The notes: a model not told the origin generated them from the letters alone. Positions 55,360 to 62,416 are shown, numbered from the stretch's first letter. The stretch: 64,000 nt of DNA from Bacteroidales bacterium (GCA_003557725.1 PWNQ01000165.1:690-64689); one strand, 5' to 3'. A program made the numbers and translations.

Positions 55360-56709
55360 TTATCTGTTTTTGTCTAGCTTGGGTTTTCCCCAGATGTCCC
55401 TGAGGATATCCAGTGATTCGTTTTTATCCATCATATCTTTTTGTTCCAGTCGCTTTTGAATAAAAATACATTGCCTGATGCTGGCTTTTCCCTGTACCAC
55501 ATCCTTGGCCAGGGCATGGCACGACGGGGCTCCGCACACTGTACAGTCTACCCTTGGCAGCCGCTCCATGGTGCTTTGTATTTGTTTCATCTTCCGGATT
55601 GCACTGGACACGTCGTTGTCTAAAATGAGCATGGATCTGGGCTCTACCGGGTTGGTGGATATTTGCTTCATAAGGTCTTTTTGGTACCTTAGAATGTCTT
55701 TAACATTGTTTATTGGTGCCTTAGCGGCTCGTTTTCTCAGCCGTTCTGCTGTTAAAAACCGGTTGCCTCCGGTTAATACCCCTCCGGCACAACTTTCATC
55801 GCATGAGCGCAGCTCCAGGAAGTCAATATTTGCAATTTCATCATTTTCCACCCGCTCCAGGAAGGCCGTTACGTTGTTGATGCCATCAATGGCCAGGCTT
55901 CTGTTGGCCACATGCTCCTTTTCTCCGTTGGTTAGGCTCCAGAGGATGTCCATAGAAGATAGTTGCTGGCGGTCGGGGATGGCACAAAAGTCATCTTTTT
56001 TCTGCCGGATCAGCGTATACACTTTATTATATAAGAAATCCATATTGATCACCCCGTTGATACAGGAGGCTTCTTCGCCCACCGGGCTTTTTACGGCTGC
56101 AATCTTTGCAGCACATGGGGTAACATAAAAGATGCCCACGTCCTTATCATAAACCCCCTGGTCTTTCAATTTGCGCAGATAGTAGGCGGCACTCACATCC
56201 AGTGGGGGCTTAACGGGGAGTATATGGGGCACTAATGAAGGGAACTTTACCTGAATAAGGCGCACAATGGCAGGGCAAAAAGCGGAGATGGCCGGGGTAG
56301 CAACCTTTCCGCTGTTCAGGGTTTGCTGTTGCTTTTTAAATACCAGATCAACAGCACTTTCTGCCTCATAGATATGGGTAAACCCCAGGTGCATTAAACT
56401 GCTGTGGATCTCTTCGGTGGTGATATCTTCAGGAAACTGCCCGGTAAATACAGCCGGAATAATGGCCACACGATATTTGTAGTTTCGGGTCTGACTAAAG
56501 TCATCCTGCTCAATGATAATGGCATTTACCGGACAATGCCGGAAACATTCTCCGCAATCTATGCAGTGGTTTGCCTCCAGCCTGGCCTTGCCCCCCTGCA
56601 CCCTGAGGGCTTCCGTAGGGCACACACGCATGCAATTGGCACAGCCTATACAAAGATCGGTGTCGATCTTTAACGCATGATGAAAGGCATCTTTTTTCAT
56701 ATGGGCCAT
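55360..56709 (-). CDS. [FeFe]-hydrogenase-like (H-cluster domain) Fe-S protein, putative sensor
   Basis: Two CxxCxxCxxxCP ferredoxin motifs; Fe-hydrogenase large-subunit-like core with divergent motifs SAFCPAIV / VTPCAAK / RSCDESCAGG; C-terminal CTVCGAPSC...C Fe-S motif. Confidence 0.75.
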   Translation of the reverse strand: MAHMKKDAFHHALKIDTDLCIGCANCMRVCPTEALRVQGGKARLEANHCIDCGECFRHCPVNAIIIEQDDFSQTRNYKYRVAIIPAVFTGQFPEDITTEEIHSSLMHLGFTHIYEAESAVDLVFKKQQQTLNSGKVATPAISAFCPAIVRLIQVKFPSLVPHILPVKPPLDVSAAYYLRKLKDQGVYDKDVGIFYVTPCAAKIAAVKSPVGEEASCINGVINMDFLYNKVYTLIRQKKDDFCAIPDRQQLSSMDILWSLTNGEKEHVANRSLAIDGINNVTAFLERVENDEIANIDFLELRSCDESCAGGVLTGGNRFLTAERLRKRAAKAPINNVKDILRYQKDLMKQISTNPVEPRSMLILDNDVSSAIRKMKQIQSTMERLPRVDCTVCGAPSCHALAKDVVQGKASIRQCIFIQKRLEQKDMMDKNESLDILRDIWGKPKLDKNR

Positions 56710-57141
56710 TTAGGTGTTTTGGTGGTCCTTTTTAATATAACAAATAATCTCTACCTGTGTTCCCTTCCCCGGAGTACTTGAGATATTCAGTTCGTCGGCA
56801 TGGGCTTTTATATTGGGCAACCCCATTCCTGCTCCAAAGCCCATTTCCCTGATTTTCTCCGTTGCGGTGGAAAACCCGGCCTGCATGGCCTGGTCGATAT
56901 CCTTTATGCCCGGTCCCCGGTCTGTAAACAGAATGCGAATGCGCTTTTCACTTACATCCACCTCTGCAGTCCCATGATAGGCATGTACCACAATGTTTAC
57001 TTCCCCCTCATACATGGCCACAACTACCCGTTTGATCAGCTTTATATCCAGGTTTAGCTGCTTAAGCATCCGCTTCACCTCACTGGAGGCAAAGCCCGCC
57101 TTGCTGAAGTTGCCTCCTTCTATGTCGTATTGGGTTTTCAA
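56710..57141 (-). CDS. RsbW/SpoIIAB-like GHKL ATPase (anti-sigma-type Ser/Thr kinase fold)
   Basis: 143 aa. GGNFSKAGFASSEVKRMLKQL..., DRGPGI and GFGAGMGLPN...GKGT motifs. Apparent TTG start 3 nt after the preceding stop; its own stop abuts the next ATG. Confidence 0.75.
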   Translation of the reverse strand: MKTQYDIEGGNFSKAGFASSEVKRMLKQLNLDIKLIKRVVVAMYEGEVNIVVHAYHGTAEVDVSEKRIRILFTDRGPGIKDIDQAMQAGFSTATEKIREMGFGAGMGLPNIKAHADELNISSTPGKGTQVEIICYIKKDHQNT

Positions 57142-57144
57142 TGG

Positions 57145-57519
57145 TTAAAAGATTGGTTTAATGCCCGATTCATAAAGCAATCCACTGATTTTATACAGGG
57201 AAAAGGGGCTTTCAATTACGGTAACCTGGCACTGGGTGGCCAGTTCTACTATTTCCCGGCTGCATTTTTTGTTGCGGCCAATAATTATGCAAAGGATGTC
57301 CGACATTTCTGCCGTACGTACCACCTGTGGATTGGTAAGGCCTGTGACCAGTACCGTTTCACAAGCATCTATGGTGAGTACATCGCTCATCAGGTCGGAA
57401 GTGAAGGCCGTCTTCACGGCCACATTGTTATGGGGTCCCGGGTTTACAATGTTTCCCGAGACAATGCCGGAAAGGGTCTTGATGGTTACTCCCTCCTGGG
57501 TTATGGTCTGCTGTTTCAT
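57145..57519 (-). CDS. DRTGG-domain protein (copy 1)
   Basis: 124 aa. TSDLMSDVL...VLVTGLTNPQVVRTAEM...IIIGRNKK matches the remembered DRTGG proteins of hydrogenase loci. Confidence 0.75.
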   Translation of the reverse strand: MKQQTITQEGVTIKTLSGIVSGNIVNPGPHNNVAVKTAFTSDLMSDVLTIDACETVLVTGLTNPQVVRTAEMSDILCIIIGRNKKCSREIVELATQCQVTVIESPFSLYKISGLLYESGIKPIF

Positions 57520-57602
57520 GCTATGTGGCTTTTTCTGGTGTCTTTGGTTTTATCTGTAATGCGCTGTTTGCTTCTGGTTTTTCGCATCGTGTTCTTACGG
57601 TA

Positions 57603-57610
57603 CAAAAATA
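57603..57610 (-). promoter_or_regulatory. candidate -7 promoter box for the DRTGG-GHKL-sensor-DRTGG-PHP operon
   Basis: The reverse strand reads TATTTTTG, 84 nt upstream of the ATG at 57519. Confidence 0.3.
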
Positions 57611-57639
57611 CACTTACTTTTTTAAACCACCAAGAAAAA

Positions 57640-57655
57640 TGTTAAAAAAATAACA
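57640..57655. promoter_or_regulatory. TGTTA-N6-TAACA palindrome (Rex/CRP-like operator candidate)
   Basis: tgttaaaaaaataaca, a perfect 5+5 inverted repeat. Confidence 0.5.
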
Positions 57656-57656
57656 A

Positions 57657-57672
57657 TGTTAACAAAATAACA
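57657..57672. promoter_or_regulatory. TGTTA-N6-TAACA palindrome (second, 17 bp from the first)
   Basis: tgttaacaaaataaca. Confidence 0.5.
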
Positions 57673-57683
57673 ATAGGAGTAAG

Positions 57684-57714
57684 AAAGAGAGGCGGCGCAA
57701 AGCCACCTCTCTTT
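57684..57714 (-). terminator. hairpin terminator after hydA
   Basis: aaagagaggcgg-cgcaaag-ccacctctcttt (one mismatch), followed by a U-rich tract on the coding strand. Confidence 0.45.
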
Positions 57715-57723
57715 GGGTATTTA

Positions 57724-59514
57724 CTAATATCGCTCCCTTTTCACATACTTGGTGTGAAGCAGTTCGTGCGATTTATGACTGAGTGGTTCACCCAGAAAGT
57801 CCTGATAAATTTTGGTAACGTCCGGATTTTCGTGGGATTTTCTGATGGGCATAGCCATATCTTCCTCGTAAATGGCTTTAGTCCGTTGGTCACGGATCTT
57901 TTGGCTGGTGGGGATGGGCTGTCCGCCGCCTCCCAGGCATCCACCGGGGCAAGCCATAATTTCGATAAAGTGGTAATTTGCTTTACCATCTTTCACTGAC
58001 TGCATCAGTTTTTTAGCGTTGGTCAGGCCATGAGCAATGGCGCATCTCAGTTCCACTCCGTCAAGGAATTTCCAGGCTTCCACCGGGTTTTCGATTTTCA
58101 CAACCGCTTCCTTCACTCCTTCCATTCCCCTGACGGGCATGATATTGAGGTTTTCAAAGGGCACTTCACGGCCGGTAACCAGTTCGTAGGCGGTGCGCAA
58201 TGCGGCTTCCATTACTCCTCCTGTGGCTCCAAATATGGTAGCTGCACCGGTGGAGTCACCCATCAGGCTATCGAACTTCTGGTCATCCATTTCCATAAAC
58301 TCCAGGCCGGCTTGTTTAATCATTATGGCCAGTTCTCGTGTAGTGAGCACATGGTCCACATCCTTATAGCCACTGTCTCTCATTTCGGGGCGGTCGGCCT
58401 CGAACTTCTTGGCGGTACAGGGCATTATAGATACGGATACAATGTCTTTGGGGTCCAGGTTACGCTGTTGGGCGTAATAGGTTTTGGCCAGAGAGCCAAA
58501 CATTTGCTGGGGAGATTTGCAGGTAGACAAGTTTTCCAGGAAGTCGGGGAAGATATGCTCTGAAAACTTGATCCATCCTGGCGAGCAGGAGGTCATCATG
58601 GGCAGACGGATGGACGTGTCTTCGTCCACCAGTGCTTTTTTCAGGCGGGTAAGCAATTCGGTTCCTTCTTCCATAATGGTCAGGTCGGCGGTAAACTGGG
58701 TGTCCAGCACCGAGTCGAATCCCAGCCGTTTCAAAGCGGACACCATTTTTCCGGTGACACGCGATCCTGCGTGGAAACCCAGCTCTTCGCCAAGTCCTAC
58801 ACGCACAGCCGGTGCGGTTTGTACCACTACATGTTTGGATTTGTCGTAGATGGCCTCCCATACTTCATCGATATTGTTCACTTCAATGAGCGCACCGGTG
58901 GGGCAGCGGTTGATACATTGCCCGCAGTTGGTACACACCACATCGTGCATGGGTTTTTCAAAGAAGCTGGATATCTTCATCTTACCTCCCTTGTTGGCTA
59001 CAGCCAGGGCACTGACGGCCTGCAGGTTTTCACAGGTACGTACACAGCGTTGGCAGCGGATACACTTGCTGTCGTCTTTCATAATGGATGGTGACGACTG
59101 GTCAATGGTGTAGTTTTTCTCCGGTACCAGGTCCAGGAACATTTCGTTACCGGTACGGTACTGGTTGGCCATGCTTTGAAGTTCGCAGTTGTTGTTTCTG
59201 TAGCACTTGGTACAGTCTGCATTGTGTTCTGACAGCAGCAGTTCGATGATGTGCTTTCTGGAACGGCGCACCTCCATGGTGTTGGTGTGGATTTTCATCC
59301 CTTCGTGTACCGGCATGGCACAGGCCGCCACCAGCCCTTTGGCGCCTTCCTGTTGTACAATGCATACCCGGCAGTTTCCTGCCACACAAAGGTCTTCATG
59401 GTGACACAGTGTGGGTATTTTTATCTTTGCCTTACGTGAAGCATCCAGGATGGTTTTTCCTTCTTCAATGCTCACATCAATGCCATCGATATTTAAATTG
59501 ATCATATTTGCCAT
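57724..59514 (-). CDS. hydA: [FeFe]-hydrogenase catalytic subunit (multimeric NuoG-like HydA type)
   Basis: 596 aa. N-terminal 2Fe-2S, His-ligated 4Fe-4S (HNADCTKCYRNNNC), two ferredoxin 4Fe-4S motifs, H-cluster motifs TSCSPGW / MPCTAKKFE / EIMACPGGCLGGGGQP, and a small-subunit-like tail. Confidence 0.9.
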   Translation of the reverse strand: MANMINLNIDGIDVSIEEGKTILDASRKAKIKIPTLCHHEDLCVAGNCRVCIVQQEGAKGLVAACAMPVHEGMKIHTNTMEVRRSRKHIIELLLSEHNADCTKCYRNNNCELQSMANQYRTGNEMFLDLVPEKNYTIDQSSPSIMKDDSKCIRCQRCVRTCENLQAVSALAVANKGGKMKISSFFEKPMHDVVCTNCGQCINRCPTGALIEVNNIDEVWEAIYDKSKHVVVQTAPAVRVGLGEELGFHAGSRVTGKMVSALKRLGFDSVLDTQFTADLTIMEEGTELLTRLKKALVDEDTSIRLPMMTSCSPGWIKFSEHIFPDFLENLSTCKSPQQMFGSLAKTYYAQQRNLDPKDIVSVSIMPCTAKKFEADRPEMRDSGYKDVDHVLTTRELAIMIKQAGLEFMEMDDQKFDSLMGDSTGAATIFGATGGVMEAALRTAYELVTGREVPFENLNIMPVRGMEGVKEAVVKIENPVEAWKFLDGVELRCAIAHGLTNAKKLMQSVKDGKANYHFIEIMACPGGCLGGGGQPIPTSQKIRDQRTKAIYEEDMAMPIRKSHENPDVTKIYQDFLGEPLSHKSHELLHTKYVKRERY

Positions 59515-59549
59515 TTTTCTGATTTTTTGTGGTTCAACAAAGTGGTTGA

Positions 59550-60716
59550 TTAGTAAATCATTTCTTCCCTAAAGTTATCCACGATAGAGGAGAATGAGTT
59601 GGCTACCGATTGTCCCAGGCCACATTTGGATGTGAGTTTCATGGTTTGGCTCAGCTTAAGCAATTCATCCAGGTAGTCAATGGATTTATCGCCTCGTTTC
59701 ACGGCTTCCACGCCCAGCAGTAGTTGCTGGCATCCCACCCGGCAGGGTGTACATTGCCCGCATGATTCTTCCTCAAAGAATTCCAGGTAGTTGTGAATAA
59801 CGTTAAACATGGACCGGGAGCTGTTGAATACCATCATAGACCCTCCGGTAGGTACGCCTTCAAAACCGATCACTGTATCTTTAAACTTTTTTCGGGGCAC
59901 ACAGAATCCGGCTGCGCCTCCCACCTGTACGGCTTTGGTGTCGCCATCGCCAAATTCATCCACGAAATCCTGCAGGGGCATGCCCAGCTCCAGCTCATAG
60001 ATGCCCGCAATGGGGGTGTCTCCGGAAACGGAAAACACTTTCGAGCCACGGGAGTCATCGGTGCCCAGTTCTTTGAACTTTTCTGAACCCAAACGGCATA
60101 TCATAAAGGCGTATACCAGGGTCTCCACATTGTTGATTACCGTTGGCTTGCCCTTATAACCGCTCACGGTGGGGTAGGGGGGCTTGTTTCTGGGCTCTCC
60201 CCGCTTGCCTTCCATAGACTCAAACAAGGCGCTTTCTTCACCACAAATATAGGCTCCTGCTCCGGTAACAATATGTATGCGGAAGTCAAAATCCAATGCA
60301 TCCAGGGTCTTATGAAATTCATCCAGGTGCTTTTGTAAGTCGTTGAGCAGGAATTTATATTCTCCGCGAAGGTAAATGTATCCTTCTTTGGCTCCAATAA
60401 CTTTGGCCCCAACGGCCATTCCGCCAAACACCTTGTAAGGTACCTTGAATAAAATCTCCCGGTCTTTGAATGTCCCCGGCTCGCCTTCATCGGCATTGCA
60501 TATGATAAAGCGCTCATCGCCTTTTTCCTGTGCGGTGAACTTCCACTTCATACCGGTGGGAAAGCCTGCACCACCACGGCCGCGAAGACCTGAGTTCAAA
60601 AGCTCATCTACGATCTTCTCGTTATCCATCTTCAGCGCATCGGAAAGGATCTCCTTAAAACCGCATTCCTCGCTGAATATGATATCTACTCTTTTTAACT
60701 GTTTATTTTCTGCCAT
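59550..60716 (-). CDS. hydB: NuoF-like flavoprotein subunit of NAD(P)H-linked hydrogenase
   Basis: 388 aa. GLRGRGGAGFPTG (NADH), GAGAYICGEE (FMN), CGQCTPCR...CGLG (N3 cluster). GGAGGT lies 4 nt upstream of the ATG. Confidence 0.9.
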   Translation of the reverse strand: MAENKQLKRVDIIFSEECGFKEILSDALKMDNEKIVDELLNSGLRGRGGAGFPTGMKWKFTAQEKGDERFIICNADEGEPGTFKDREILFKVPYKVFGGMAVGAKVIGAKEGYIYLRGEYKFLLNDLQKHLDEFHKTLDALDFDFRIHIVTGAGAYICGEESALFESMEGKRGEPRNKPPYPTVSGYKGKPTVINNVETLVYAFMICRLGSEKFKELGTDDSRGSKVFSVSGDTPIAGIYELELGMPLQDFVDEFGDGDTKAVQVGGAAGFCVPRKKFKDTVIGFEGVPTGGSMMVFNSSRSMFNVIHNYLEFFEEESCGQCTPCRVGCQQLLLGVEAVKRGDKSIDYLDELLKLSQTMKLTSKCGLGQSVANSFSSIVDNFREEMIY

Positions 60717-60729
60717 ATTGACCTCCGTT

Positions 60730-61197
60730 TTAGCTATGGTGCTTAATATCAGTAATTATTTCCTTAACCTTCTCCGGTGTCAGGTCCGTATAGGCATTGT
60801 CATTTATCAGCATAACCGGACCCTTATGGCACCAACCCAAACAGTTGGTCTCCAAAAGTGTGAACTTCTTGTCCGCACTGGTATCGCCTATATTAACCTT
60901 TAACAGGTTCTCAAGCGTCTTGATAATTTGACGCTTGCCTTTCATGTCGCAGGTGATGGTGCGACAAACACGGATCACATACTTTCCCCGTGGAACTGTG
61001 TCCAAAAAGGAATAGAATGATGCTGTTCCGTAAACCTGAGCCGCCGACAAATCCAATTGCCGGGCAATTTCTGTGATGGCTTCATCACTCAGGTACCTCT
61101 CCTGGTCTACTACACCTTGAAGGATGGCCATTAAATTGGTTCGTTCCGAACCATGAGCATCCACAAGCTGTTTTACCATTTCTTGTGTATCAGACAT
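60730..61197 (-). CDS. hydC: NuoE-like thioredoxin-fold 2Fe-2S subunit
   Basis: 155 aa. VCRTITCDMKG...CLGWCHKGPVMLIND. GGAGGT lies 5 nt upstream of the ATG. Confidence 0.88.
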   Translation of the reverse strand: MSDTQEMVKQLVDAHGSERTNLMAILQGVVDQERYLSDEAITEIARQLDLSAAQVYGTASFYSFLDTVPRGKYVIRVCRTITCDMKGKRQIIKTLENLLKVNIGDTSADKKFTLLETNCLGWCHKGPVMLINDNAYTDLTPEKVKEIITDIKHHS

Positions 61198-61240
61198 TTT
61201 TTACCTCCGTAATTGATTGGTTTATTAATCTTTCCTTAAC

Positions 61241-61256
61241 TGTTAATTTGCTAACA
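61241..61256. promoter_or_regulatory. TGTTA-N6-TAACA palindrome downstream of the candidate hydC -7 box
   Basis: tgttaatttgctaaca. The extended form CTGTTAATTTGCTAACAA resembles the clostridial-type Rex box TTGTTAA-N4-TTAACAA. Confidence 0.5.
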
Positions 61257-61265
61257 AATAAAGGT

Positions 61266-61273
61266 CAAAGATA
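61266..61273 (-). promoter_or_regulatory. candidate -7 promoter box for hydCBA
   Basis: The reverse strand reads TATCTTTG (TAnnTTTG), 69 nt upstream of the hydC ATG. Confidence 0.3.
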
Positions 61274-61284
61274 ATAAACTCTCC

Positions 61285-61300
61285 TGTTAACCGGATAACA
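61285..61300. promoter_or_regulatory. TGTTA-N6-TAACA palindrome upstream of the candidate hydC -7 box
   Basis: tgttaaccggataaca, within CTGTTAACCGGATAACAG. Confidence 0.5.
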
Positions 61301-61342
61301 GAACCGCTTTTTTTTGAAATTTATAGATAGTCTAAATAAGAA

Positions 61343-61495
61343 TGAGTCCGGTCTGGATACACACATTTTTCACATCCGCTGAAAATCAGCACCGCTTTAT
61401 AGATGGGGCAAAGCTGATTTTCAGCGGCTTCACCCTTTAGGGCCCCGGGGCAAAAAGCCAATGAAAATCGAAAGTAACCTTTTAGACCGGACTCA
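61343..61495 (-). mobile_element. family-1 MITE-like element, intact long form (153 bp)
   Basis: TIRs tgagtccggtct.../...agaccggactca; perfect 4-bp flanking duplication AGAA (61339-61342 and 61496-61499). Carries an ~82-bp internal module with the hairpin gctgaaaatcag...ctgattttcagc. Confidence 0.85.
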
Positions 61496-61654
61496 AGAAT
61501 ATTTAACAGGAGCCATAGAATAAATCTGAAATATAGCAATTGGTATCTTAGAGCCCTGCTCCTGAAAGCCAGAGGGGGTGCATAGTGTGATTTATGGACT
61601 GCTTGTTTACGCCTTTTGAGAATTGCTTACTTTTGGCATGTGATAAATCGTATT

Positions 61655-62416
61655 ATGATGCGACGCTATTTTATTCAACTGGATTACTGTGGGGAAGGGT
61701 TTTATGGTTGGCAGAGGCAACCGGATAAGCCCTCTGTGCAGCAATGCCTGGAAGAGCATTTCACTCTGGTGTTGGGCCAGAATGTTCATATTACCGGAGC
61801 CGGAAGAACCGATACGGGGGTGCATGCAAAAAACTATGTGGCGCATATGGATGCTTCATTAGGCCAATGGACCCCCACACAACTGGTGGCCAAAATGAAT
61901 GCATTCTTGCCCTGGCAGATCGTTTTACACCGTATGATACCCGTGGCAGATGATGCCCACGCCCGTTTTCATGCCAGAAGCAGAACATACCTATATTATA
62001 TAGCACAAAAAAAAGACCCTTTTATTTTCCGTAAGGCATGGTATTACCCGGTTCATTTGGATGTTGACAGGATGAACCTTGCGGTAAAATATATTTTGGG
62101 CGAGCATGATTTTTCCTCTTTTGCCAAAACCGGGTCCCAGGTGAACAACCATATATGCTCTGTGGAGGAAGCTGTCTGGTTCACCGATGGGCACTGTCTG
62201 GTATTTCGTATTCGGGCCAATCGTTTTTTGCGCAATATGGTAAGGGCATTGGGGGGGAGCCTGGTGGATGTGGGCCGTGGAAAAATTCAGCCGGGGCACA
62301 TGGAGCAAATGCTTATGTTCAAAAATAAAAAACAGTGGCATACCTCTTTGCCGGCCAGGGGGCTGTTTTTATCCCATATTGAATATCCTCAGCACATATT
62401 AACAGCATATTCTTAA
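61655..62416 (+). CDS. truA: tRNA pseudouridine(38-40) synthase TruA
   Basis: ATG at 61655 (MMRRYFIQLDYCGEGFYGWQRQP); catalytic GAGRTDTGVHA; the track start 61616 is TTG. Confidence 0.88.
   Translation: MMRRYFIQLDYCGEGFYGWQRQPDKPSVQQCLEEHFTLVLGQNVHITGAGRTDTGVHAKNYVAHMDASLGQWTPTQLVAKMNAFLPWQIVLHRMIPVADDAHARFHARSRTYLYYIAQKKDPFIFRKAWYYPVHLDVDRMNLAVKYILGEHDFSSFAKTGSQVNNHICSVEEAVWFTDGHCLVFRIRANRFLRNMVRALGGSLVDVGRGKIQPGHMEQMLMFKNKKQWHTSLPARGLFLSHIEYPQHILTAYS

Noticed and set aside
53280-61500. Hydrogenase maturase genes (hydE/F/G), or a rex gene, within the locus.
   Set aside because: No radical-SAM CxxxCxxC or GTPase ORFs, and no Rossmann/winged-helix Rex-like ORF, are present in this window. 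They must lie elsewhere if they exist.
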